64,000 nucleotides of DNA from an uncultured Candidatus Saccharibacteria bacterium (GCA_964457775.1 CAYWEW010000001.1:17783-81782); one strand, 5' to 3'; numbered from the stretch's first letter, positions 18,951 through 28,615 are shown. Notes: generated from the sequence alone by a model not told the origin. Numbers and translations are program-made.

Positions 18951-19871
18951 ATGCCTGAATTACCTGAAGTACATACAACCACGACCGGACTACAGGGAGT
19001 CTTGCCTCGCCTTGTGATAAAAGATATATGGACTGATATGTGGAGTGCCTCAAATCTAGCCAAAAATACTATAAAAGATAAGAAATATTTTCCATATTTT
19101 CAGAAACATGTTCTTAATCAAAAAGTAAAAAATGTAGAACGTAGAGCGAAATATATACTGATAAATTTAGAAAATGATTTTACAGTTATTGTTCACATGA
19201 AAATGACTGGTCATTTGATGTATGGCAAATATGTTATAAATAAAAAAAGTAACGGCAAAGAGTGGTCATGGTTACCAGTTTCCAAAAATACACCTTTGCT
19301 TGATAAATACAATCGTCATATTCATATCGTTTTTACCCTTTCTAACGGTAATCATTTAGTTTATTGTGATTCAAGAAAATTCGGCGGGATGATGGTAATG
19401 AAAACATCTTTAATTCATACCGAAAAATTATCTCACATTGGACCCGAACCTCTCGAAACGTCATTTACGTTAAAATCATTCGAAGAACGCATTATGAAAT
19501 CCCCTACTCGCCCAATCAAAACAGTTCTGATGGACCAAACTATTATTGCCGGCATCGGAAATATTTATTCAGATGAGATGTTACATATGTCACACATTCT
19601 TCCAACAAGAACAGCGAAGAGTTTGGATAAAAAGGAAATAAGTCTACTTTTCAAATCTATGAAGGACGTCTTAGCTAAAGGAATTGATTTTGGTGGAGAC
19701 AGTATGAGTGATTATAGAAATATAAAAGGTGAACGTGGAGAATTCCAAAACAAACATCTTGTATATCTTCGTCACAAGCTTCCTTGTAAGACAAAAAAAT
19801 GTGCTGGGGTTATAAAAAAAGAAAAAATTGGAGGAAGGAGTGGGCATTATTGCCCTGTTTGCCAGAAATAA
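18951..19871 (+). CDS. fpg: Formamidopyrimidine-DNA glycosylase (Fpg/Nei family)
   Basis: Starts MPELPEV (catalytic Pro2/Glu3), H2TH region, C-terminal zinc finger CPVCQK. Start set at the internal ATG rather than the upstream TTG. Confidence 0.8.
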   Translation: MPELPEVHTTTTGLQGVLPRLVIKDIWTDMWSASNLAKNTIKDKKYFPYFQKHVLNQKVKNVERRAKYILINLENDFTVIVHMKMTGHLMYGKYVINKKSNGKEWSWLPVSKNTPLLDKYNRHIHIVFTLSNGNHLVYCDSRKFGGMMVMKTSLIHTEKLSHIGPEPLETSFTLKSFEERIMKSPTRPIKTVLMDQTIIAGIGNIYSDEMLHMSHILPTRTAKSLDKKEISLLFKSMKDVLAKGIDFGGDSMSDYRNIKGERGEFQNKHLVYLRHKLPCKTKKCAGVIKKEKIGGRSGHYCPVCQK

Positions 19872-20237
19872 AAAACAGCGCAATCTTTTGCGCTGTTTTG
19901 GAATACGTTTTGTTTTTCTTGGTGGCTCTGGACCATGCTCATTGAGCAGTGAGTAGAGGAATTTTACATACTCCTCATCTCGCTTCCACCACAAACAAAC
20001 TTTCCAAAGATTCTCCAATGCTTCAATTCTTTCTAATACAAGTTTTCTTGCATATAAACTGTCCCCAATATAAAAATCTGGATTATTTTTTCTCCAAGTG
20101 GTCAAAGCTATGTCTGTTTTGTAGTCCCACTTAAAAGCTTTTTCTTCTCTACTTAAATACCCTGATTGATACAAAATAAAAGAAAGTGACATTAGTCCAA
20201 CTATGTTTGCACAAAGTGTCCCAGTTTCCATTTTCAC
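19671..20237 (-). CDS. Hypothetical protein; the 3' ~200 nt overlap the fpg 3' end convergently
   Basis: 188-aa ORF. The N-terminal 120 aa look protein-like (MKMETGTLCANIVGLMSLSFILYQ...). The tail overlapping fpg is suspicious. Confidence 0.3.
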   Translation of the reverse strand: MKMETGTLCANIVGLMSLSFILYQSGYLSREEKAFKWDYKTDIALTTWRKNNPDFYIGDSLYARKLVLERIEALENLWKVCLWWKRDEEYVKFLYSLLNEHGPEPPRKTKRIPKQRKRLRCFLFLANRAIMPTPSSNFFFFYNPSTFFCLTRKLVTKIYKMFVLEFSTFTFYISIITHTVSTKINSFS

Positions 20238-20321
20238 ACTCCTAAAAATGAACTACAACAATACTAAATTAAAAAATACATAAGCGCAACTATCTATCAA
20301 CTGGTAGCTAATCATTAGTCC

Positions 20322-20507
20322 TTGTATACTATAAACAATATGATGACCTTCATAAAAATCTTTGCAATCTTTTGGGTGATTTGGATTCTTTGGTATATAA
20401 CAGGAGGACCACTTCGGGATGATAAGACTAAACCATTTATTGGATTTAATAAGTCGGGACAGTTGGAGACTTTTGGGACGAGTACGGTAGATGGATTGAA
20501 GAAGTAA
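20322..20507 (+). CDS. Small hydrophobic protein (61 aa), hypothetical
   Basis: One TM segment (FIKIFAIFWVIWILWYI). No clear RBS. Confidence 0.3.
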   Translation: MYTINNMMTFIKIFAIFWVIWILWYITGGPLRDDKTKPFIGFNKSGQLETFGTSTVDGLKK

Positions 20508-20515
20508 GACTGAAC

Positions 20516-21256
20516 TTAAACTAATTTAATGATACTTATTAACAAATAAATACTTAAAATTACCATAGCTAGAATAGTAATTTTATCAGTTAATGATTTA
20601 GACAGCTTTAGCATACCTCTTCTAATTATAATATTAGACACAAATAAAAATGGGATAGCGTACAAAACTCCAACAAGATCACTTGGTTGAATAATTTTAG
20701 CTTCCAACATTACTGATATCTTAACTAAAAAAATGACTGGTAATAAAAAACTTATCGTTCCAAACATCTGTGATAAAGTAAATCCTTTTGAAGCAAAGTA
20801 TGAATTCAAAAATCCCCCACCAGGCAAAGCTGCTCCGGTAACAGACCCAGCAAATATGCCAATAAATTGCTCTTTCCAAAATGAATCTTTAACTACTGTA
20901 GTTTTGTCAATTATTTTTATTTTTTTATAAACATAATAAACAGAGAACACAAACATCAAAACTAGAAGTATTATTGGTTTCATGTTTACCAGAAACAATG
21001 AACCTATAAATGCCCCAACAACACACGGAATCAAAAGATTTTTTGCATCTCTCCAGACAACATCTTTTCTAAACACATACAAAGAAATAATAGCGTTAAC
21101 GAAAAAGAAAGAGCTTGTAAGTCCGGTTGCTTTTATTATATTAATGTCAGTAAAAATATTTAAAGCATTGGTAGTTAGCATACTTCCACCAGCAGTAACA
21201 ACTGGTGCTAAAAAAGAATATGCTATAAAAATTAGTGCTTCGTATATGTGGTTCAT
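20516..21256 (-). CDS. TauE/SafE-family (DUF81) membrane permease
   Basis: 246 aa, ~7-8 TM, glycine-rich motifs AGGSM and ALPGGGF typical of TauE/SafE sulfite-exporter-like proteins. Confidence 0.55.
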   Translation of the reverse strand: MNHIYEALIFIAYSFLAPVVTAGGSMLTTNALNIFTDINIIKATGLTSSFFFVNAIISLYVFRKDVVWRDAKNLLIPCVVGAFIGSLFLVNMKPIILLVLMFVFSVYYVYKKIKIIDKTTVVKDSFWKEQFIGIFAGSVTGAALPGGGFLNSYFASKGFTLSQMFGTISFLLPVIFLVKISVMLEAKIIQPSDLVGVLYAIPFLFVSNIIIRRGMLKLSKSLTDKITILAMVILSIYLLISIIKLV

Positions 21257-21463
21257 AAATTTGTTTGTTGTGCGTTTTTATTCCTTATACGTTTAGAACC
21301 CCCAGAAGGGTGATCTTCCTCAGTAAACTTTTTTCGTCAAAAAAGTTTCATCGGACGGGCTCGTGGTTTTTCTTGCTAGAAAAACATCACTCCGCCTTTC
21401 GATCCCTTACGCAAGTGACACTGGTCACTCGCTCTGGTTTCCCAAAAACGCTTCGCTTATTTT

Positions 21464-21536
21464 GTGCCCCCAGAAGGGATCGAACCTTCGACCGTCTGCT
21501 TAAAAGGCAGCTGCTCTACCGACTGAGCTATAGGGA
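21464..21536 (-). tRNA. tRNA-Lys (anticodon UUU)
   Basis: Manual cloverleaf: acceptor GTCCCTA/TGGGGGC (two G-U pairs), D-arm GCTC-AGTCGGTA-GAGC, anticodon loop CTTTTAA, T-arm GAAGG-TTCGATC-CCTTC, discriminator A, no encoded CCA. Confidence 0.8.
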
Positions 21537-21842
21537 CATGTTTTTTATTTTACTACCTACTAACTAGGTAAACGTTTTAATATATCTACCGACTTGCGTC
21601 AACGCTTGCTAGCTTATGACATCTTCGCTTCCAGGAAGCGAATCTGTTGATTCGGCCACGTTCTCTAGCTACGCGGGACCCTTAATGGTAATTAGGATGA
21701 ATAACATTAAACATCTTTTTACTAATAACGTTTCAATATACTAACATAAAATACAATACTTTTCCAGTATGGGAAGAGAGTTGGTTTATAAACGTACTTT
21801 CTTCCCCATATAATCACAGAGAATATCTGTTACACTTAATTT

Positions 21843-22931
21843 ATGAACAAAAAGTTTCTATATTATTTCATTGCTGTCTTATTGGTCGGTAGTATTCCTG
21901 GAGTTACATACTTGGTTCGTAATCGTATACCACAAACAGAATCACCCTCAAATAAAGAACACACCTGCACACAGGTTCCAAAAATTTGTCCTAACGGTAC
22001 AGCCATTTACAGGACAGGGCCTAGTTGTATATTCTTACCTTGCCCTACTGACACTGGAACAACGACAAATAATATAAATGTGTCAGAATCGACTAGTGCC
22101 AAAATTTCTACGTCTACAATTATTACCGAAAATTTAGTTAAACAAAAATCATCCCCTCAACCTGTAAAAGTGGAAGAGTCCATTTTTTCTAAAATAACTT
22201 CTTCAATCTCTTCTGCCATCAACTCAGTTACATCTTCATTTAGCAATAACCCCACTGTAGTTAATTACAGTCCAAATAACACCAACATCCCACCTTCTAC
22301 TTATGTATCGAGCTCATCCACTTCTCCATACAAACAATTACCACCAGAAAATTTTGCAGGAGAAAAATATATTGTAAAAGATGGTGTCATACTTTCAACA
22401 GATAACAGACTAGTTTATACAATTCCAAAAGAGGTAATTAACAATGTAAGTTCTTCACAACCAGGATGGACCAACACCATAATCAATGTCGTTGCAGTTG
22501 GGGCCGTAGCTCCAGTGCTACCAAATAATGCAATTCCAATTGAAGACCTTCCAGGAAAATATTACTTAAGTCAAAACTCATTCGGGAATATAAATGAATG
22601 TGAATTTTCTAACAAAATATTTATTTTAGACACAATTGCAGACACGGTAACACTTATGTATGAAGAGAATAATACGACCCTTTCACGCGATGACCCAAGA
22701 GCATGTAATAGTGAAATTTTTCTTTTAAAAACAGAAGCAAGTAATCTTATTCTTAAGTATCACACTATTGGGACGAATACGCTTTGTGATAGTGCCTGGA
22801 GTGAGCCAGAAAAAACATTTTATCTTGATGTAACAAAACTACGTACTGAAGGAATGAGAAAATATATTATTCCAGAAAGTCTTTCTGCGGGGGCTGAAGC
22901 TGAGGAGGAAGCATGCAGGAGTAGTTTGTAA
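21843..22931 (+). CDS. Secreted/anchored Ser-Thr-rich hypothetical protein (362 aa)
   Basis: N-terminal TM (YYFIAVLLVGSIPGVTYLV), Cys-containing region, long S/T/N low-complexity tract. Confidence 0.5.
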   Translation: MNKKFLYYFIAVLLVGSIPGVTYLVRNRIPQTESPSNKEHTCTQVPKICPNGTAIYRTGPSCIFLPCPTDTGTTTNNINVSESTSAKISTSTIITENLVKQKSSPQPVKVEESIFSKITSSISSAINSVTSSFSNNPTVVNYSPNNTNIPPSTYVSSSSTSPYKQLPPENFAGEKYIVKDGVILSTDNRLVYTIPKEVINNVSSSQPGWTNTIINVVAVGAVAPVLPNNAIPIEDLPGKYYLSQNSFGNINECEFSNKIFILDTIADTVTLMYEENNTTLSRDDPRACNSEIFLLKTEASNLILKYHTIGTNTLCDSAWSEPEKTFYLDVTKLRTEGMRKYIIPESLSAGAEAEEEACRSSL

Positions 22932-23018
22932 AGTCAAAAGTTTATAAAGTTGAAAGTTAATACAATACGAACCAGTCACGAAATGATTGGTTCGTATTTA
23001 CTTTATAGACTTTTGACT

Positions 23019-23648
23019 TTAAAGACTGAGTATTATTTTCTCTAATTCTACTTTCAAATCAGCTTCACCTCGATGAGCTAATATCGGTGCACGTATTAAT
23101 TTCCCCCCAATTTCTTCGCATTCATTCAGTGTGAATTTTGATGGTTTTCCAAGCTTTACATCACTCCAGACACCTTGGAATTTCCACCACAATGCGCCAT
23201 TTATGGCCTCAGGACTATCCAAATCCCTTATCCTCATCCATTCTATCCAAACCTCCTTTTTGTCTCTCCTTGCGAACAAATTACAAAAAGTAAACACATC
23301 AACATCTTTTTCTTTCCCCTCTCTTGCATCATAAACTTTCTCTGCATATTTTGTTAATCGTGTAACACGATTCGCATCTGAAAACGGCTCATCGATAATA
23401 AATATATTAGTTGATTCTTTCATCTCAGGTAATAATCTAACCACCTCATCACGTGAAGAAGCTACGTCCATAACTTGAATAAGATTCGCGATAACCTTAT
23501 CTCCAAATAAGTTTGATGCGGAAATTAATGGCTCAAGTGTCGCAACTTGTTCACTATAAATATGAGCCGATACATTACCTAGTTTATTAAGCAACTCATA
23601 TGCCTTCTCTCTCTTATTCGTATCTGTTCCAACAATCGCGTATATCAT
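23019..23648 (-). CDS. Hypothetical protein, possibly a short DNA polymerase III delta (HolA)-like subunit
   Basis: 209 aa directly downstream of polA. Weak HolA-like N-terminus (IYAIVGTDTNKREKAYELL...IFIIDEP). Assignment is tentative. Confidence 0.4.
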   Translation of the reverse strand: MIYAIVGTDTNKREKAYELLNKLGNVSAHIYSEQVATLEPLISASNLFGDKVIANLIQVMDVASSRDEVVRLLPEMKESTNIFIIDEPFSDANRVTRLTKYAEKVYDAREGKEKDVDVFTFCNLFARRDKKEVWIEWMRIRDLDSPEAINGALWWKFQGVWSDVKLGKPSKFTLNECEEIGGKLIRAPILAHRGEADLKVELEKIILSL

Positions 23649-23653
23649 ACATG

Positions 23654-26005
23654 TTAAATAATTTGTAAATTACTTCCAAGAGTTCGTGAGGCTTTAATAG
23701 GTAAATCAGACAGCTTTCTTTTTGAGAGAACATTTTCAAGTACGAGAACTAATTCATCTGCAACTTTTTCTGCAATGTCTTCATCTATTTCAAAAACTAG
23801 TTCATCGTGAATCTGTAATACTAACTTAACCTTGTCATCCAACTTCTTTTCATTAATAAAATCCGCCGTATCTAACATTGCCAACTTAATAATATCCGCA
23901 CTCGTCCCCTGCACTGGAGCATTAATCGCAATACGCTCACCGGACGCACGAAGAAATGGTAGAGGACTTTTGAGTAATGGAACTTCACGACGACGGCCTA
24001 ATAGTGTCTCGGTATATCCATGCTTCCACGCGAAAGCTTTCACTTCTTCAAGATATTTCATTAGTGTCGAGAAAGTAAATTTGTACTGATCATAAAATTC
24101 CTGCGCTTCTTTTCGCTCAACACCCATACCCTCTTTCAGAGCTGTTACTCCCATACCATAGAGAATTCCGAAATTAATTGCCTTAGCTTTTCTTCTCATA
24201 TCAGAAGTTACCTTTTCTTCTTTTACCCCGAATACTCTCGCTGCGGTTCCAGTGTGTACATCAATTCCTTTTTGGAAAATCTCAACCAAATTTTCATCCC
24301 CTGACAAAATAGCTGCGGCTCGCAAATCAATCTGAGCATAATCACATGAAAGCAAAACTTTCCCCTTCGCTGAAATAAAAGCAGACCTTACCTTTTGACC
24401 AAGTTCGCTCTTAATTGGAATGTTTTGCAAATTTGGCTCCTCACAACTAAATCTTCCTGTCCCCGAACCTGTCTGCACGAAATGTGCATGTATTCTTCCG
24501 TCATCCTTCACATATGTTGGCAGTGAGTCAATATAAGTTGAAAGTAGTTTTGTAAGTTCACGATATTCTAGAATATAAACAATTGACGGATGTTCATCCT
24601 TAATCTTTTCAAGCTCAGAAACATTGGTGCTCTTCTGCCCAGTTTTGGTTTTTTTAATTTTGGTTCCAAGATCTAGCTTTTCATATAAGACTTCTCCTAA
24701 TTGTTTTGGAGATGAAATATTAAATTCACTGCCTACTGACTCATAAATTTTTTGTTCGAGAACTTTCACTTGAGCATGTAACTCCTCGCTCATCTTTTTT
24801 AATTTATCTACATCTAATGTAATACCATTCTTCTCCATTTCATCCACTCTTTTAATAAGTGGCTTTTCGACATTAATAAACAAATCCCAAAGCTTTTCTT
24901 TTTTGAGTTCCTCTTCTAGGAATTTTCGCATCCCATCTCTAGTTTTTTCTCCGGTAATATTTTCTATATCCTCTATAGGTGCCTTTGTCATTTCACTATG
25001 AAGAAGATGCGTCATAACTTGAAGTTCTTTCATATCTTCTTCACTTATTATTTCTTTTTCTTCTACGACAGTTTCTTGTGTGAGGCCTCCCTCATCTTTC
25101 ATTGCATGTAAACGATTACGCATAGAACGAAATTCGTACAAATCACACATCTCTTGATACTTTGGTATGTTAATTGTTTCTAACCATACTTTTTCTGGTT
25201 CATTATAAGTGACTGGGGCATCACGTCTAATTGTTGCAAGCGTCTTCGAAAATAATGCTTCGTCTTCCCCTTCTTCAAGAAGTCCTACAATACGTTCTTT
25301 GAATCCGTCGTCCAATAATTGTTGTCTGTTGTTTTTCAATACTTCATATATTTTCTCAACTGAACCATAATGCTTAATAAGTTCTGTTGCAGTCTTATCT
25401 CCAATGCCTTTGATGCCAATAATATTATCTGATGTATCTCCAGCGAATCCTTTATAATCAGGAATATGTTCTGGACCAAAACCAAATCTATCCATCACAC
25501 TTTTTGTATTAAATAAAACTGTCTCTGCACCTTTTTTGAAAGTATATACAGTTACTTTATCATCATCAATTAGCTGAAAGGTATCCATATCACCACTAGC
25601 AATAATAATTCTAGTATCTTTATGTTTTTTTAATTGTTCAGCAATTGTTCCTAATAAATCGTCAGCCTCGAACCCTTCGCATGTATAAACTGGTATAGAA
25701 AGAGCTTCACATAATTTGTAAGACTCTTTAATTTGATCAATAAGTTCGTCATCTGTTTTTTGTCTTCCACCTTTATAGGCATCATAACTAAGATGACGAA
25801 ACGTTGGTTTCGGTAAGTCATAACATGCTGCAATATAATCTGGTTTTATGTTTTCGTAAATTTTAAGCACCATAGACAAGAACCCGTACAGTGCTCCTGT
25901 TGGTCTACCGTCACGTGTAGCGAATCCTCCCATAGCATGGTAACCGCGATGTAATATCGCATGTGCATCAAGTAACACAATAGTTTTCATTGTGCTTTTT
26001 TTCAT
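23654..26005 (-). CDS. polA: DNA polymerase I (5'-3' exonuclease + polymerase domains)
   Basis: 783 aa. The N-terminal 5'-nuclease domain carries acidic clusters. Pol A motifs RRKAKAINFGILYGMG and QIHDELVFE. Confidence 0.9.
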   Translation of the reverse strand: MKKSTMKTIVLLDAHAILHRGYHAMGGFATRDGRPTGALYGFLSMVLKIYENIKPDYIAACYDLPKPTFRHLSYDAYKGGRQKTDDELIDQIKESYKLCEALSIPVYTCEGFEADDLLGTIAEQLKKHKDTRIIIASGDMDTFQLIDDDKVTVYTFKKGAETVLFNTKSVMDRFGFGPEHIPDYKGFAGDTSDNIIGIKGIGDKTATELIKHYGSVEKIYEVLKNNRQQLLDDGFKERIVGLLEEGEDEALFSKTLATIRRDAPVTYNEPEKVWLETINIPKYQEMCDLYEFRSMRNRLHAMKDEGGLTQETVVEEKEIISEEDMKELQVMTHLLHSEMTKAPIEDIENITGEKTRDGMRKFLEEELKKEKLWDLFINVEKPLIKRVDEMEKNGITLDVDKLKKMSEELHAQVKVLEQKIYESVGSEFNISSPKQLGEVLYEKLDLGTKIKKTKTGQKSTNVSELEKIKDEHPSIVYILEYRELTKLLSTYIDSLPTYVKDDGRIHAHFVQTGSGTGRFSCEEPNLQNIPIKSELGQKVRSAFISAKGKVLLSCDYAQIDLRAAAILSGDENLVEIFQKGIDVHTGTAARVFGVKEEKVTSDMRRKAKAINFGILYGMGVTALKEGMGVERKEAQEFYDQYKFTFSTLMKYLEEVKAFAWKHGYTETLLGRRREVPLLKSPLPFLRASGERIAINAPVQGTSADIIKLAMLDTADFINEKKLDDKVKLVLQIHDELVFEIDEDIAEKVADELVLVLENVLSKRKLSDLPIKASRTLGSNLQII

Positions 26006-26469
26006 ACTCTATTTTTTTCATCCATCTCTTCATACATCAAAGTAACTTCTCGAGTATCATCATCGATTATGGTAAAAAGCATTTCTAGGTCCGGCTTCAG
26101 ATATTTCATCTTTGTTGGCCATTCAATAGCCAAGATAGTATCTGACTCTCCTAAGTCATCTTCGATTCTAAGAACGCGACCCTCTTGTGGAGTATTGAAT
26201 CTATACGCATCAATGTGAATTAATTTTTTGAATTGGGCATGTTCTGCATCGTATTCTTTTTTTAGAATAAATGTAGGACTATTAACCTTATGTTTATCTA
26301 TACCAATTAAAGATGCAAGTTCTTTTGTAAATGTAGTTTTACCTGAACCTAAATCACCATCAAGTAGAAGCACTTTTGCTTTTGAAGTTTCTTTTGTATA
26401 CAGCAAATGAAGAACTTTTTGAGCAAGTTCTTCCATGTCCTTTTCAGTTACTTCAAAGGTTTCTTTCAT
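26002..26469 (-). CDS. tsaE: tRNA threonylcarbamoyladenosine biosynthesis protein TsaE
   Basis: LLDGDLGSGKTTFTKELA...VNSPTFIL is the YjeE/TsaE signature. Overlaps the polA start by 4 nt. Confidence 0.8.
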   Translation of the reverse strand: MKETFEVTEKDMEELAQKVLHLLYTKETSKAKVLLLDGDLGSGKTTFTKELASLIGIDKHKVNSPTFILKKEYDAEHAQFKKLIHIDAYRFNTPQEGRVLRIEDDLGESDTILAIEWPTKMKYLKPDLEMLFTIIDDDTREVTLMYEEMDEKNRV

Positions 26470-26485
26470 ATAACATATAATACCA

Positions 26486-26518
26486 CAAAAGAGCGACCAC
26501 TTCGTGGTCGCTCTTTTG
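26486..26518. terminator. Terminator hairpin
   Basis: caaaagagcgaccac-ttcg-gtggtcgctcttttg. Confidence 0.55.
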
Positions 26519-26552
26519 TTAACTTTCGTCTCACATAAGGCATTATTTTATG

Positions 26553-28487
26553 TTACTTTGCATTCTCTTTATCTTCTTGATAAGAGGCATATATACTACG
26601 CGCAAGTATGAAGATGATAAATATTATAGCAATGAGAGCTAACCATTCAACAAGATTGTTTGGCATAAAACCTCTCTCACTGCCTGCTCCAATTACTTTC
26701 TTAGCTCCAGTATCTTTATTACTGATACTGTCATTAGGAGTAATTGAACCTACAACATAAGCAGTTACCTCGTCCTGTACAGATGTATTTGGAACCGTAT
26801 AAATTACATATGCTGTAGTTACTATTGATTTACCAATCGTAGCATCTTGTGCAATTTTGCCTGAGATAGCTACAACTCCTTCTGCGTGAGCATCAAGTGT
26901 GTCTTGATTGATTGTTAATATATGTGTTGCTTCATCATATACACCAGAAGTTGCGAGATCGAATTTTATTTCTGCAGGAATTAGAACTTTTACAACTACA
27001 CCTTTAAGACGTGAGTCTGTAGCATTCTTGTAAGTAATTCTATATGACACTGGAGAATTTGCAGAAAGATTTCCTTCACTTTTTTCTACTCTAAGAGTTA
27101 CAAGCTTTTCACCTTGATTAAGCATTGATGCTTGTGTTTCACTTTTTGCATAGAAACTAGAACCATCTGTACATGTTACGAGAGTTTGTTTCTTAACAAC
27201 TTCTGTAACTACTTTCTTTGTAACAGTCTTCTTTGTTGTTGTGACAGGCTTTACATATGTGGTTACAGCATTCTTTGTGACAAAACTCACTATTTCACCT
27301 TTTACAATTCCATATTGATTCTGCATTACAGCACGACAGTAATAACGTGTTGATGGCTTAAGATTTGCAAGTACATTTGAAAATGGTGCAGATGATGAAT
27401 TACCAATTGAAGCAGTTGCTGTTGTTCGACCAAGACTTGATGTTTCACCATATTCGAACCATCCAGTTGAAGGTGCTCCGTTTGCAATAAGCCCAATACC
27501 GTTACAACGACCACTTGTGTTTGTGATTTGAGTTACAACTGAAGTAACAACATTGTTGAATTTAACGGTTGGTAAAGGAGTAACTGTAGGATATCTAACT
27601 ATTGGTTGAGTATTGTAGTAATTCGAACCACTATAATATGTTGTTGGTTGTGTGTAATTATTAGTATTGTAATTTACAGGACAAAGTGATGAATAAGAAA
27701 CGATTGTTCCATTCCAACATGTGTAATTTGTATTTACTGTATTAATTGTACATACACCATTAACTAATGTTGAGCCAGATGGACATGAAGTATTTGTAAT
27801 TTGGCAAGTACCATTTATAAGAGTTGACCCTGATGGACAAGATACTGAATTAATCTGACATGTTCCGTTTACTAATGTTGAGCCTGATGGACAAGATACA
27901 TTATTATTGTTTGTATATCCACCGTAAGTGTATCCATAACTACCAACTGTTGGTGCGTAATTATAACCACCATAGTTATAACCAGCTTGACCATAACTAA
28001 TTCCAATTTGATATGAAGGTGAACTGTATGATGAAACACCGTATGTTGCTGATGAAACATCAGATGTTGTGTATGGTGGGTAGTTTACACCAGTTTCATA
28101 AGTAGGATATGTTGTGTCTGTGTTATAAGTTGGGTAGGTAGTACCACCACTGTACGATGTTGAGTACGTAGTACCGGTGTCATATATTGGATATGTAGTT
28201 CCTCCACTGTATACAGGATATGTAGTTCCCCCACTGTATGTAGTACCAGTGTCATATATTGGATATGTAGTTCCTCCACTGTATACAGGATATGTGGTTC
28301 CCCCACTGTATGTAGTACCAGTATCGTATATTGGATAATTTGTTGTTCCGCCGGAATATGAACTTACTGAACCAACAAACCCATCATCAAATTGAAGTTG
28401 AGCAAAGGCAATAGAAGTACCTTGAAGAAGCAGAACTCCTGCAAGAAAAACAGATACAATGTTTTGTTTTTTCATGATTGTTTTCAT
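26553..28487 (-). CDS. Repetitive cell-surface protein (644 aa) with signal peptide, tandem peptide repeats and C-terminal TM anchor
   Basis: Signal MKTIMKKQNIVSVFLAGVLLLQGTSIAFA. About three 24-aa YSGGTTYP(V/I)Y repeats, three 18-aa SCPSGSTLxNGTCQI repeats, C-terminal LVEWLALIAIIFIIFILA. Confidence 0.65.
   Translation of the reverse strand: MKTIMKKQNIVSVFLAGVLLLQGTSIAFAQLQFDDGFVGSVSSYSGGTTNYPIYDTGTTYSGGTTYPVYSGGTTYPIYDTGTTYSGGTTYPVYSGGTTYPIYDTGTTYSTSYSGGTTYPTYNTDTTYPTYETGVNYPPYTTSDVSSATYGVSSYSSPSYQIGISYGQAGYNYGGYNYAPTVGSYGYTYGGYTNNNNVSCPSGSTLVNGTCQINSVSCPSGSTLINGTCQITNTSCPSGSTLVNGVCTINTVNTNYTCWNGTIVSYSSLCPVNYNTNNYTQPTTYYSGSNYYNTQPIVRYPTVTPLPTVKFNNVVTSVVTQITNTSGRCNGIGLIANGAPSTGWFEYGETSSLGRTTATASIGNSSSAPFSNVLANLKPSTRYYCRAVMQNQYGIVKGEIVSFVTKNAVTTYVKPVTTTKKTVTKKVVTEVVKKQTLVTCTDGSSFYAKSETQASMLNQGEKLVTLRVEKSEGNLSANSPVSYRITYKNATDSRLKGVVVKVLIPAEIKFDLATSGVYDEATHILTINQDTLDAHAEGVVAISGKIAQDATIGKSIVTTAYVIYTVPNTSVQDEVTAYVVGSITPNDSISNKDTGAKKVIGAGSERGFMPNNLVEWLALIAIIFIIFILARSIYASYQEDKENAK
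27757..27920. repeat. Three tandem 54-bp repeats inside the surface-protein gene (encode the SCPSGSTLxNGTCQI units)
   Basis: Units begin at 27757, 27811 and 27865 with about 80% identity. Confidence 0.7.
28100..28345. repeat. About 3.4 tandem 72-bp repeats inside the surface-protein gene (encode the YSGGTTYP units)
   Basis: Near-identical units start at 28179 and 28251 (gtcatatattggatatgtagttcctccactgtatacaggatatgt...). Confidence 0.7.
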
Positions 28488-28521
28488 AATTGTTTTATCT
28501 ATTACCTTTAATAAGAATTAT

Positions 28522-28550
28522 ATTATATCACCTTTATTATTAAATGTCAA
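28522..28550 (-). promoter_or_regulatory. Minus-strand sigma70-type promoter with exact consensus TTGACA-17-TATAAT driving the surface-protein gene
   Basis: Reverse complement reads cTTGACAtttaataataaaggtgaTATAATataattc, about 35 nt upstream of the ATG at 28487. Confidence 0.55.
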
Positions 28551-28564
28551 GCCCTTTTTATAAT

Positions 28565-28595
28565 AAAAAACAGGTCACCAAAGGAGGTGACCTGT
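28565..28595. terminator. Terminator hairpin downstream of the 266-aa minus-strand gene
   Basis: aaaaaacaggtcacc-aaaggag-gtgacctgt. Confidence 0.5.
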
Positions 28596-28615
28596 GCTGA
28601 GCATACAGCTTGCTT

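Noticed and set aside
21265-21567. Plus-strand ORF 21265-21567
   Set aside because: Overlaps tRNA-Lys and the repeat-bounded non-coding insert. Translation is low complexity.
23019-23648. Firm call of holA (DNA pol III delta) for the 209-aa gene after polA
   Set aside because: Similarity is limited to a weak N-terminal pattern and the length is far short of HolA. Left as hypothetical with a tentative note.
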